Positions 1-9,147 of a DNA stretch of 59,145 nucleotides are shown piece by piece. Origin of the DNA: a virus (taxonomy: Duplodnaviria > Caudoviricetes); IMG/VR virus record IMGVR_UViG_3300022841_000020, positions 1 to 59,145 of that record. One strand, given 5' to 3'. Below the pieces are notes generated by a model. That model was not told where the DNA came from. It worked only from the letters and a program-made list of their open reading frames with translations, and did not search any database. The translations under genes were made by a program, and so were the position numbers. Position 1 is the stretch's first letter. Each line of letters starts with the position of its first letter.

Positions 1-27
1 TAAGTTTATGTATTGTTTAAATTGCAT
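1..27 (-). CDS. 5' fragment of an ORF running off the left edge (MQFKQYINL...), possibly the N-terminus of the M15 endolysin whose C-terminus is at the right edge
   Basis: ATG at 27 after an AT-rich TIR; same strand as the partial endolysin at 58925-59145. Confidence 0.4.
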
Positions 28-49
28 TTTTTATAAATAAATATTGTGA

Positions 50-187
50 CTATTTTTTTATAATTTTTTTAATCTTTCCGTTCTCGGTTCTAGCAAACCT
101 TGCTTTGGATGTTTCCATGGATGGAATGGCTGTACCAGAATAAGTTTTACCACCATAAACCCAACTTACTTTTTTACCTTTTTTCAT
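50..187 (-). CDS. Small basic protein (45 aa, MKKGKKVSWVYGGKTYSGT...)
   Basis: Hand-translated intact ORF below the track cutoff; start overlaps the stop of 184-396 (ATGA). Confidence 0.6.
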   Translation of the reverse strand: MKKGKKVSWVYGGKTYSGTAIPSMETSKARFARTENGKIKKIIKK

Positions 188-396
188 ATATTTTCTGTAT
201 TTTTATGTATATCTATGTACTCGCCACCATGTCGCTCTATGAAGTTAATCATAGATTTTTCGTGAACGTAGGATGTTATTGGTCGACTAGTGCTAAATAC
301 TTGATTTTCTAATATCTTACCATAATTGAATATAGTGTTATCATCGTTTTTAGAAACGTAGTAAGGTTTATTTAGATCGCTGTGATTGTATATCAT
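184..396 (-). CDS. Hypothetical protein
   Basis: In operon order after the DUF285 gene. Confidence 0.6.
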   Translation of the reverse strand: MIYNHSDLNKPYYVSKNDDNTIFNYGKILENQVFSTSRPITSYVHEKSMINFIERHGGEYIDIHKNTENI

Positions 397-411
397 ATCT
401 TTATTTTTTAT

Positions 412-2067
412 TTAGGCTTGACCCCCATCTGTAATAGACCAATTATATGTATTTATTAAAACATTTCTACCAGATTGTCCAGAACTATTGTATTTTATTG
501 TTCCAGCACTAAATGGTACGTCTTGTTGTAAACTAAGTCGAGACCAATCCCTATAACAGTCGGCTAAGTTTTGTGCTGACATGTTAGATTGTTCCAAAAA
601 CATGTGCATGGTAGTAATATTACTTACATCCCAATTATTGAGGGGTTGGTTAAATGCTTGTGCGTTATAAAACATTGTAGTCATATTTTCAACACCACTT
701 ACATCCCAATTATTAATGTTCTGGTTAAATAATTTAGCACTTAAAAACGTTTCCTCCATCTGTGTAGCATTGCTAGTATTCCAATTGTTAAGTGGCTGAT
801 TAAACGCAAACGCATTAAGAAACATAGCCCTAATATTTGTAACATTGCTTACATCCCAATTGTTTAAAGGTTTATTAAATTGAAATGCACTCGTGAACAC
901 AGCGTACATGCTAGTTACATTGCTAGTGTTCCAATTTGTTGTATCTGGATTTGCTAATGAACCACCTCGAAACATACAATCCATAGAGGTTACTTGACTT
1001 AGATTTGGTATGTCTGTTGCAGTCACTAACATGTTTTTACATCCAAAAAAAGCACCTTCAAAACTAGACCAAACAATATTACCCCATTGTTTTATATCTT
1101 TGACTTTCTCGTCATCTCCAGAATTGTTGAACTTTATTCTGCTAAATCCATTGACTGCCTTGGGAAATATATGCAGATCGTAAACCCCCGCATTTGTAAA
1201 GGTTATAGTAGCTTCATCGCTTAAATTATTGAAGGTTTCAATAACATTACCACCTTGTTTGGCTAATATATCATAATCCCCTTCAGCACCTGTGAACTGA
1301 AATTGATTATTGTTTGATGTTCCGTTTTTTGTAGAATCAATTTGAATAGTAAGTGTTGGTATTAATCCACCGTCAATTATAGACCAATTATAAGTATTAA
1401 TTAATATATCCCTACCAACTTGACCCGAACTATTATATTTTGTTGTGCCTGCATGAAACGATATGTTTTGTTTAAGGCTAAGTTGTGACCAATTTTCATA
1501 GCATGCTGTTAGGTTCTCTACTGATAGGTTTGCACCCTCCAACATGCTGTCCATACTATTAATGTTATTTATATTCCAATTTCTCATATTTGGATTTGCA
1601 TTTGTTGCAAACAAAAACATAAAATCCATGCTAGTGCAAATGCCTAAATTGGGTATATCTATTGCATTAACTTCCATATTTTCACAATCAAAAAAAGCTT
1701 GTGAAAAAGTAGACCAAAGAATACCACCCCATTGCTTTATATCTGTAATTTTAAGTTTATCCCCACGATTATTAAATTCAATGCGATTAAACCCATTAAC
1801 CCTTTTTGCTTTTACCTCTAAAATATAAACACCAGAACCGTTGTTAAATGTGATAGTTTCCTCACCAGATAAATCTCTAAAGGTTTGCACTACTATACCG
1901 TTCTGTTTTGCTACCACGTCATAATTCCCTTGTGCTCCTGTAAACTGAAATTGGTCTGAATTACTACCAGCTTTTGAGGTGTCTACTTCTATAATAAAGG
2001 CGTCTGTATTGCCACCGCCCCCAACAAACCTGTGCTTATTTAGCCCAAGACCCATTCCTAAGTTCAT
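412..2067 (-). CDS. BspA/DUF285 (surface-protein repeat) virion adhesin with two tandem homologous units
   Basis: Repeats FNQPLNNWDVSNVTNM; duplicated IKQWGxIxWS-F and KYNSSGQxGRxxLINTYNWSIxDGG blocks. Confidence 0.85.
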   Translation of the reverse strand: MNLGMGLGLNKHRFVGGGGNTDAFIIEVDTSKAGSNSDQFQFTGAQGNYDVVAKQNGIVVQTFRDLSGEETITFNNGSGVYILEVKAKRVNGFNRIEFNNRGDKLKITDIKQWGGILWSTFSQAFFDCENMEVNAIDIPNLGICTSMDFMFLFATNANPNMRNWNINNINSMDSMLEGANLSVENLTACYENWSQLSLKQNISFHAGTTKYNSSGQVGRDILINTYNWSIIDGGLIPTLTIQIDSTKNGTSNNNQFQFTGAEGDYDILAKQGGNVIETFNNLSDEATITFTNAGVYDLHIFPKAVNGFSRIKFNNSGDDEKVKDIKQWGNIVWSSFEGAFFGCKNMLVTATDIPNLSQVTSMDCMFRGGSLANPDTTNWNTSNVTSMYAVFTSAFQFNKPLNNWDVSNVTNIRAMFLNAFAFNQPLNNWNTSNATQMEETFLSAKLFNQNINNWDVSGVENMTTMFYNAQAFNQPLNNWDVSNITTMHMFLEQSNMSAQNLADCYRDWSRLSLQQDVPFSAGTIKYNSSGQSGRNVLINTYNWSITDGGQA

Positions 2068-2073
2068 ACTAAT

Positions 2074-2364
2074 TTATTTTGTAGGGTAACAAGCTAAGAT
2101 GCCAACTACCTCTGTGATTTTATAAAAAGAACCAGATATAATATCGCCTTTGTCTAAGTTCCAAGTAAAATCTTTGTCATACTCTCCCATTAGCTTGCAA
2201 GCAAAAGAGCTATTGTCTTCACCTGATTTAATAAATGCAAAATTTACTTTAGCATCATTTACTTTAGTAGAGCTATCCTCTCCGGTTAAAAGTTTTACAA
2301 TTCCGTACTGTCCTGTTGTGGCTTTATGATATACGTCTGGACTTCCTATTGAATTTGGTTTCAT
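2074..2364 (-). CDS. Hypothetical (putative virion) protein
   Basis: Intact ORF in the tail-fibre operon. Confidence 0.6.
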   Translation of the reverse strand: MKPNSIGSPDVYHKATTGQYGIVKLLTGEDSSTKVNDAKVNFAFIKSGEDNSSFACKLMGEYDKDFTWNLDKGDIISGSFYKITEVVGILACYPTK

Positions 2365-2392
2365 TGTGTTTTTTTATTGTAATTAATTATTT

Positions 2393-2473
2393 TTATGCTG
2401 GGTTATAATCATTTAAAGTCCAATTATAAGTGTTAATTAATATACTCCTCGCTGATGCTGTTATCCCGTTCAT
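2393..2473 (-). pseudogene. Collapsed remnant of a DUF285/BspA-type gene (MNGITASARSILINTYNWTLNDYNPA)
   Basis: 26-aa ORF matching the C-terminal motif of the DUF285 units; 2420-2444 matches 1384-1408 at 24/25 nt. Confidence 0.65.
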
Positions 2474-2474
2474 A

Positions 2475-4556
2475 CTATGCTCTTTTTAGTCTACCAATTA
2501 CTGCTACTTCATTTGTGTCTACCACTTCTAACTCCACAAAACTGTATTGATCATCTGGTACTGCTAATTCATCAGCTGGAAACCTCAAGGTTACCCCACT
2601 TTCCCCCGTTATGGTTACCGTACCTGAACCCCATTGGCTAAGTACAAACTTAGTTCCTATTGGCGTGTTTAACTTAATTACTGCACTTACTGCACTAGAA
2701 GAAGTGAATAATGGTGCAACTGTTTTATTACTTGTTTGGAACAAATAGCTAGTTGCTGATGTTTTTGTTTTTACGTTGGTTATTAGGTTTTCTGTTATAT
2801 GTACATCTCCTTTTAAATATGTATTCTCAATATCGTCGTTTCCTAACACTACTGTATTCGAACCTTCTCCTGTTGCATCGTTTCCGATAACAATTTCATT
2901 TGTTGAGTCTTCTTGTTTTGATTTAGTTTGTGATCCTATAAATACACTATCATTGCTGTTTCTGTTTAGTCCTCCAGCACCTATACCAAGAGCGGTGTTA
3001 TTACTTCCTGTTGTGTTTGAACTTAAAGCACTTACTCCATTAGCGGTGTTAGCACCTCCTGTTGTGTTTGAACTTAAAGCATTTACTCCATTAGCGGTGT
3101 TAGCACCTCCTGTTGTGTTTGAACTTAAAGCACTTACTCCATTAGCGGTGTTAGAACCTCCTGTTGTGTTTGCACCTAAAGCACTTACTCCATTAGCGGT
3201 ATTAGCAAATCCTGTTGTGTTTAAACGTAAAGCATTTACTCCATTAGCGGTGTTAGCACCTCCTGTTGTGTTTGAACTTAAAGCACTTACTCCATTAGCG
3301 GTGTTAGCACCTCCTGTTGTGTTTGAACTTAAAGCATTTTTTCCATAAGCAGTGTTACTTTCTATGCCTGCTTTACCACTATTCCAAATAGTCTTATCTA
3401 TATTATCAAATTCTAGATGTGGTATGGATTTATCATCATTTAAAGCCACTCTAGTTTGTAACTTTCTTAATGCTGTGAAAATTGAATCACTTGATGACAA
3501 ATTAGAAGACGAGCCAAATGGCGTAAAACTAGTCAGTACTGTAGCTAAAACTCTTGCTACAGTAAAATAAAGATTATTAGAGCCTTCAGTTAAATCATTT
3601 GTGCTTGCAATTAATCCATTTGTTATTTGCAAGTAATTTGAGCCAGTCCATCTATACTGCTTATCCGTATCTAAAGTAATGTATATTTTGCCTGTTTCAC
3701 CTGCACTTGGAAAGCCTGACAAACTAGCAAATTCTAAAATATCATCTACATAAGACGGTAATTGATTTGATGGTACTGTGCCACCAAATAAAGAAGCGTA
3801 ACCATTTGCAGAACCTTTCTCACTTTTTAATTCATACGGACTTAAATCTTGATCTCCAGTATTTTCTCCGCTTGTTTTAGATAATCTTGTAATGGAAGCG
3901 TCTTCGATTAAACTACTTCCGGTTAACTTGCCCACCTTTAGAGCTAAAGCCTCTTTTGCGTCTTCACTTAATGGTTTTTCTAAATCGGAAGTGTTATTAA
4001 CAGAACCTAATCCTAGGTCGTCCTTAGTAGTTCCGTGAGGGTTGGTTCCATCGTCTAAAACTAATTTACTGTGTAGATTTGGTATAAAATCTAAGGATAA
4101 TTCATAAATTTGTTCATTCTCAAAGCTAGAAATTAACTCAGAGCTAGTGATAAGTATTTTTACATAATTATTTTCCAGTATAGCCTCTTCTGATAAAAAA
4201 GAACTTATATTTTCATTAGATTGAGTTTTAAATAAAATTTCTCTGTCTCCGCTATTTATAAAATCAATTAAAGTTTGAGAATTGTTTTCTTGTAAAAGAT
4301 TAAGTATATTCAATCTAATTTCAGTAATTTCATTTTCTTCTTCAATTATTGTAAAATAACCAGCTTTTTTTTCATCAATATCTTGCGTATTTCCGTCTGC
4401 AAACTTATAGCCACTAACAAACAAGAGTTGACCAGGCAGAATCTCATTTATAATGTCATAGGCACTAAATAAAGAATCTTTATCTTGTATGTCAAATCCA
4501 TACAAGCATGCTCCTGCTGAGAATACTCTTTTAGTAGCTTTGTTGGCTAAAGGCAT
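2475..4556 (-). CDS. Tail fibre / receptor-binding protein with beta-solenoid-type repeats
   Basis: NTSD.EKPLS and VPSNQLPSYVDD fibre motifs; 17-aa NTANGVSALSSNTTGGA repeats; C-terminal QWGSGTVTI domain. Confidence 0.8.
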   Translation of the reverse strand: MPLANKATKRVFSAGACLYGFDIQDKDSLFSAYDIINEILPGQLLFVSGYKFADGNTQDIDEKKAGYFTIIEEENEITEIRLNILNLLQENNSQTLIDFINSGDREILFKTQSNENISSFLSEEAILENNYVKILITSSELISSFENEQIYELSLDFIPNLHSKLVLDDGTNPHGTTKDDLGLGSVNNTSDLEKPLSEDAKEALALKVGKLTGSSLIEDASITRLSKTSGENTGDQDLSPYELKSEKGSANGYASLFGGTVPSNQLPSYVDDILEFASLSGFPSAGETGKIYITLDTDKQYRWTGSNYLQITNGLIASTNDLTEGSNNLYFTVARVLATVLTSFTPFGSSSNLSSSDSIFTALRKLQTRVALNDDKSIPHLEFDNIDKTIWNSGKAGIESNTAYGKNALSSNTTGGANTANGVSALSSNTTGGANTANGVNALRLNTTGFANTANGVSALGANTTGGSNTANGVSALSSNTTGGANTANGVNALSSNTTGGANTANGVSALSSNTTGSNNTALGIGAGGLNRNSNDSVFIGSQTKSKQEDSTNEIVIGNDATGEGSNTVVLGNDDIENTYLKGDVHITENLITNVKTKTSATSYLFQTSNKTVAPLFTSSSAVSAVIKLNTPIGTKFVLSQWGSGTVTITGESGVTLRFPADELAVPDDQYSFVELEVVDTNEVAVIGRLKRA
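2985..3356. repeat. About 7 tandem 51-bp coding repeats
   Basis: Unit gcacttactccattagcggtgttagcacctcctgttgtgtttgaacttaaa, near-identical copies. Confidence 0.95.
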
Positions 4557-4593
4557 AATTATATTTTTAATAGTTTAAAACTATAAAGTAATA

Positions 4594-4642
4594 CAAAAAT
4601 ATAAATTATATCTATACTAAATGAACATTAAACTTATATTTG
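4594..4642. promoter_or_regulatory. Back-to-back Bacteroidota -7 promoter elements (minus 4594-4601; plus 4635-4642)
   Basis: TAttTTTG and TAtaTTTG upstream of divergent genes. Confidence 0.6.
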
Positions 4643-4659
4643 ATATAAATTTTTAGTTT

Positions 4660-5280
4660 ATGAATAAGACAAAATCGAAAATAGTTGGTGTAGCCAAACA
4701 AGTTTTAAGTGAGAAAACAATTTCCGTAGTAAAAGAGCATAAGGCTGATGTAAAACTTTCTAGCACAAACGAATACGCTAAGGCTAAATACTCTAGTAAA
4801 AACGAAAAACAAAAATTAATCTTTACTTCTGGAAAAGATCTTCTTCAATACAACATTGTAGTTCGGCCATACATACTTCGAAAGCATAGAATAAAAAATA
4901 ATTTTGAGCTTGATATTTTGCTTTATCTTTTTCCAATACAGTATTTTTCAAGACGAGATTTTAAAGTTTTACCTACAATCAATGAAGGCTATCACTTGAC
5001 TACTTTAATCGATTTAAATTATATTGAAGTAGTGGTTCATCACCACAAGGGAGCAAATAGTAACCTTTACGGATTAACTGAGCGCGCCAAAAAGATTGTA
5101 AAAGACTACTATGAATATTTATCTGGAGAAAAAACAGTCAATCCTTCAAGTTACACAAACCCATTTGCAGATAGTGACGCTAGTAAAGTTGATGGCCTTC
5201 GCCAAAAATTACTAAATAAACTCACTAAGCAAACTAAAACACAGCCCAGCTTATTTAGAAAAAGCCTTTACGATTTCTAA
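4660..5280 (+). CDS. Winged-helix (MarR-like) DNA-binding protein
   Basis: ELDILLYL...LIDLNYIEVV...LYGLTERAKKIV wHTH pattern. Confidence 0.6.
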   Translation: MNKTKSKIVGVAKQVLSEKTISVVKEHKADVKLSSTNEYAKAKYSSKNEKQKLIFTSGKDLLQYNIVVRPYILRKHRIKNNFELDILLYLFPIQYFSRRDFKVLPTINEGYHLTTLIDLNYIEVVVHHHKGANSNLYGLTERAKKIVKDYYEYLSGEKTVNPSSYTNPFADSDASKVDGLRQKLLNKLTKQTKTQPSLFRKSLYDF

Positions 5281-5281
5281 T

Positions 5282-5315
5282 AAAAAAAGCCCTTTACATT
5301 TCTGCAAAGGGCTTT
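5282..5315. terminator. Intrinsic terminator between convergent genes
   Basis: aaagcccttt/aaagggcttt stem with A7 tract. Confidence 0.8.
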
Positions 5316-5334
5316 ACCTGTCGGGTAATTAAAC

Positions 5335-5604
5335 TTATAAACCTACATCAGATACAAGCATTATAACATCTTGATCTTCTCTTAAAAATACACACTCGCT
5401 TCCACGAACAGTATCGTATTGAGCCGTATTAGAGTTGTATTCAATAACTTGACCTATTTGATAGTATTTTACTTTTGGGCCAACCAATACAATTTCTGCC
5501 CTATTTTTTTTCAAGTCAATTTTTTCTGACACTATTATTCCTGACTCAGTTTTTCTATCTGAAGTAATTATCTCAGCTAATATTCGGTTTCCAATTAGTT
5601 TCAT
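5335..5604 (-). CDS. groES: Co-chaperonin GroES
   Basis: MKLIGNRIL...KTESGII...IVLVGP...FLREDQDVI. Confidence 0.85.
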   Translation of the reverse strand: MKLIGNRILAEIITSDRKTESGIIVSEKIDLKKNRAEIVLVGPKVKYYQIGQVIEYNSNTAQYDTVRGSECVFLREDQDVIMLVSDVGL

Positions 5605-5610
5605 AAATAT

Positions 5611-6051
5611 CTACTTTGTTAGGTCTACTAAAGTAAGTTCTGTTCTAGGAACAAACCCGTATATCTTTTTACTTTTAACTTCACATACTCTGGCATCGTC
5701 TGTAAAAACAATACCATTCATAGCATCAAATAATCCTTTCATTAAATTATCCGTAAGGTCTGGCTTAGTTTCTTTATAAATTTGCTCTCCTGATTCCAAA
5801 AGAGCTATCTTTTTTTTACTCCAACTTTTCAAAGGAGCAAATACAAAAAGGACTTCTACACCAACAGCATCATTGTAAGGAACAAATCCTAATGGTATTT
5901 GTGATTTAACATCAAAGGCTATATTTCTTTCGTTATCTTTTACTGATTTTTTCTGATAAGATTGAACAAATTGACTTGGCCCTTTACCAGCAATACGAAA
6001 TCTAGCTGACTGTTTTGATTGTGGTGTTCCCAAAATTTTAAGCTTTATCAT
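5611..6051 (-). CDS. rusA: RusA-family Holliday junction resolvase
   Basis: KPDLTDNLMKGLFDAMNGIVFTDDARV catalytic motif. Confidence 0.9.
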   Translation of the reverse strand: MIKLKILGTPQSKQSARFRIAGKGPSQFVQSYQKKSVKDNERNIAFDVKSQIPLGFVPYNDAVGVEVLFVFAPLKSWSKKKIALLESGEQIYKETKPDLTDNLMKGLFDAMNGIVFTDDARVCEVKSKKIYGFVPRTELTLVDLTK

Positions 6052-6767
6052 TTCCCAGGCTTTATAAATTGAACTTCTTGGCTTCTAAATGATTTAGAAT
6101 CTTCAAAATACTTCTCAGTAAACTTGGCGAAAAATGGATAGTCTTCTAAGGGTAACTTTGCAACATTGCTAACCAGCTCCTCCATGACTCTCATCATGTT
6201 TTGAAGCATCACTGGGTCTACTTTGTAAAGATTATTAAAATGCCTCTCAGCGATTCTCATGGCTTGCTTATTAGATTTGGCTAATAGGTTTCTAAAGTAA
6301 CCATCTCCAATTTCTTCCGTATCTAAGTCTTCATCTACCTCAATCAATAACTCAGCGATCATGACGTGCTTCAAAACCTTTTGGGTAACATTTAGTATGT
6401 GATCTGAATAAACGCTGTCCCACTTAGCTACCTCGTGCTCGTTTACCTGAAGCCACTCCCCGTTAACTAAGCCTTGTCTAATGTTTTTTAAAGAAAAGCT
6501 ATTCATTTTGTTCTTTTTGCTAACTAAAAAAACAAGGTCTTTACTTCTAGTGTTTTCTGTAATCAAAAATATAGCACCGTTTTTATGCTTGATATAATTG
6601 TCTACTCTGTCTTTTGCTGATTTTTCTTCAGTTATATTTTCCTTAGCTTTTTTCATTTGTTTTGTTTGATATGTTGTGTAACAAGAATGACAAAAAAATA
6701 AATCACTCTCACCTAATCGAATGCTATCCTCTGAGTCAATAGTATTTTCGCAGTAGTGGCATTGCAT
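6048..6767 (-). CDS. Hypothetical protein with N-terminal CxxC...CxxC zinc finger
   Basis: CHYC...CHSC; coupled to rusA. Confidence 0.65.
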   Translation of the reverse strand: MQCHYCENTIDSEDSIRLGESDLFFCHSCYTTYQTKQMKKAKENITEEKSAKDRVDNYIKHKNGAIFLITENTRSKDLVFLVSKKNKMNSFSLKNIRQGLVNGEWLQVNEHEVAKWDSVYSDHILNVTQKVLKHVMIAELLIEVDEDLDTEEIGDGYFRNLLAKSNKQAMRIAERHFNNLYKVDPVMLQNMMRVMEELVSNVAKLPLEDYPFFAKFTEKYFEDSKSFRSQEVQFIKPGK

Positions 6768-6775
6768 TAATCTAT

Positions 6776-7015
6776 CTATTTAGCATTAAACGCCTTACCT
6801 TCAAACACTTTTCTAACATTGGCGTGGTAATATTTACCAACGCTTTCTGACGCCATCAATTCAATATGAGTCTCTTTGTTTACCGGGTTGTAAGAATATG
6901 CCTTATCTCCGTTTTTGAATCTTACATACAAAGTTTCTGAAGGGCCGTCATAAGCAATCTCCTTAATCTGAGAACTCTTGACTGATTTGAATATTAGTTT
7001 AGGCGCTGTCTGCAT
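6776..7015 (-). CDS. KTSC domain protein
   Basis: VKSSQIKEIAYD...LYVRFKNG..YSY...LMASESVGKYY. Confidence 0.9.
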   Translation of the reverse strand: MQTAPKLIFKSVKSSQIKEIAYDGPSETLYVRFKNGDKAYSYNPVNKETHIELMASESVGKYYHANVRKVFEGKAFNAK

Positions 7016-7595
7016 TGTTTGGTTGATTTATTTGGCTTGTATTAGATTCGTAATGAAAATTAGAAACGTGTTCTTTAGGCTCTATCTTGTGATTTGTGTC
7101 AACTAAAAAAAACTCCTTATCAGAGTTGGAAGAAAAATTCCTGAGCACGTCAATGTTTATTTTTAATGCAAGAACAATATTGGATAGCTCATTATAGCTA
7201 GAGTTATCTTGATGCATTTTAATAAGCTTATCGATGTTTAGAAATATAGCCTGAGTAGTATTTATCTTGTTTCTATCAGGCTCACTCATTAGCTGTCTAT
7301 GAATACAGGTTGAATGAAGATTATCCCATAAGTCCTCTACTGTAAAGCTCCTATAGCTGTTTTCTTTCCCAAAGCCATAATCGTACATAAAATGCCTAAT
7401 AGACTCCTCAGCTCGTTTGCTATCATTAAATCCAAAAGCCATAACACTTATCATGCAATCCACTAAACTTCCGTTGTTGTACATTGAACTTTCTTCTAAT
7501 CCCAGTACTTTAGCTAATGATTTTGAATGAAGCTCATCATAATTGTATTGAGCTTCCAAAGCATTCATAATCTTAATAAAATTTTGTTTAGTCAT
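6999..7595 (-). CDS. Hypothetical protein
   Basis: Intact ORF in operon. Confidence 0.65.
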   Translation of the reverse strand: MTKQNFIKIMNALEAQYNYDELHSKSLAKVLGLEESSMYNNGSLVDCMISVMAFGFNDSKRAEESIRHFMYDYGFGKENSYRSFTVEDLWDNLHSTCIHRQLMSEPDRNKINTTQAIFLNIDKLIKMHQDNSSYNELSNIVLALKINIDVLRNFSSNSDKEFFLVDTNHKIEPKEHVSNFHYESNTSQINQPNNADSA

Positions 7596-7607
7596 GCGTC
7601 TTTAAAA

Positions 7608-8411
7608 TTAAGTTGTTGTTTCATTAAAGTTGAATTCCTCTAATTTTTGTCTTTTACTTTTTTCTATCCTATCTTGAGCTATATTAAAATAGGTTTCGTC
7701 CTTTTCAATACCTATTCCGTTTCGGTTTAGATTTTTACAAGCCAGCATAGTTGAGCCACTACCCATCGTAAAATCTAAAACCGTCTCGCCTTCTTTGGTG
7801 TAGGTTTTTATTAAATATTCCATTAAAGAAACTGGTTTTTGTGTTGGGTGTGATGCTCCTACATTGTGAACACTTGCAAAATTTAAAATTGAATGAGGGT
7901 AGTTTGTAAAATCTACTTTAAACTCTTTCTTTCGTGAAGGTCTATTCCCTAAAGTCAAAGATCCACTACCATTAGGTTTAGGTCTTTTGTGTATCTTGTT
8001 TATTTTTAATAATCCTTGTGGATAGTAAATCATTCTTTTGTCTTTTAGCTGTGTCTTATGTCCTATTTTAGCATAACTAAAAACGCTTATAATTTCGTGT
8101 TTCTTCATAGGCATATTTTTAGAATGCATTAATCCACTAGGTCTACTTTTTAGCCAAACCCAATCGTATTTATAATTCTTAATATTTGACATTCTTAAAG
8201 CAGAACTAAAAGGCTCCGACCCAAATAAAACAATAGCCCCGTTAGGTTTAATTATTCGATTAAGTTGCTCCCACATAGGCTCAAAAGGTATTATACTATC
8301 CCATTTGCAAGCAGTTGTTCCGTATGGTGGGTCTGTGATAATTGCATCTACCGAAACGCTTTCAATGGTTTTCATCACCTCTAAACAATCTCCAAATCTT
8401 AAATCTATCAT
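7608..8411 (-). CDS. Orphan beta-class DNA amino-methyltransferase (likely m6A)
   Basis: DPPY motif IV, HPTQKP, FTMGSGS motif I. Confidence 0.93.
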   Translation of the reverse strand: MIDLRFGDCLEVMKTIESVSVDAIITDPPYGTTACKWDSIIPFEPMWEQLNRIIKPNGAIVLFGSEPFSSALRMSNIKNYKYDWVWLKSRPSGLMHSKNMPMKKHEIISVFSYAKIGHKTQLKDKRMIYYPQGLLKINKIHKRPKPNGSGSLTLGNRPSRKKEFKVDFTNYPHSILNFASVHNVGASHPTQKPVSLMEYLIKTYTKEGETVLDFTMGSGSTMLACKNLNRNGIGIEKDETYFNIAQDRIEKSKRQKLEEFNFNETTT

Positions 8412-8500
8412 GGCTATTTTTTATTAATTAGATAAATCGGTTATTCCGATTTATCTTAGTGACGTTCCTTTAAATTTCATAGTTTTAGTTTTAAAACATT
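8368..8500. repeat. 133-bp direct repeat, copy 1 (gene end + 9-codon uORF + 11-bp hairpin + TIR + first 14 codons of next MTase)
   Basis: Matches 9104-9236 with 2 mismatches; hairpin agataaatcgg-ttatt-ccgatttatct at 8430-8456. Confidence 0.97.
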
Positions 8501-9147
8501 GTTGGTTCTGTATTTTCTATTCTCTTTTTACTCATATCTAAATAAACTTTTTTAAGCTCTATGCCTATAAATTTTCTATTTAATTTAATACAAGCTATTG
8601 CTGTTGTTCCATATCCTAAAAAACAATCTAGTATTATTTCCCCTTCATTTGTGAAGTTTTTAATAAAATGTTCAGCAACTTCATATTTCATAACCGCCTT
8701 ATGTTCTTTTGGCATTGATGAATTAACAGATGTTGTAATAATATTTTTAGTATAAGTTTTATTACTTTTTAAAGGCTTATCCCCTAATATTAAAAAATAC
8801 TCAACGCTATTAGTAATTGCCTTTCCTCCTGCTGGCATTGGGTTTGATTTTTCCCAAATATGAATGTCTACTATTTTATTAGAAAAATGTCCTATAATAT
8901 TATATACATCTTTTCTATTGTAATAATTAGCCTGTATATTATAAATAACATGATTCTTAGTAACTCGTAAAAGTTCATTTATTACTTTTACATTCATACC
9001 AAACCAATCTACATTTACATCGTTAAATTCTTTATACTTATCGTTTCTTTTTCTGTTATAAGGTGGTGAAGTAAAAGAGGTGTCTATGCTTTTATCTTCT
9101 AGTGTTTTCATCACCTCTAAACAATCCCCTAATCTTAAATCTATCAT
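8491..9147 (-). CDS. Orphan beta-class DNA amino-methyltransferase (SPPY, possibly m4C)
   Basis: FTSPPY, HKAVM, DCFLGYGTT. Confidence 0.9.
   Translation of the reverse strand: MIDLRLGDCLEVMKTLEDKSIDTSFTSPPYNRKRNDKYKEFNDVNVDWFGMNVKVINELLRVTKNHVIYNIQANYYNRKDVYNIIGHFSNKIVDIHIWEKSNPMPAGGKAITNSVEYFLILGDKPLKSNKTYTKNIITTSVNSSMPKEHKAVMKYEVAEHFIKNFTNEGEIILDCFLGYGTTAIACIKLNRKFIGIELKKVYLDMSKKRIENTEPTMF

Noticed and set aside
2393-2473. DGR template repeat for the DUF285 adhesin
   Set aside because: No reverse transcriptase in the window; match is short and differences are not adenine-specific
2776-3570. Plus-strand ORFs opposite the tail fibre (and similar shadow ORFs such as 1544, 28094, 50718, 52183, 56410)
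   Set aside because: Antisense shadows of well-supported genes
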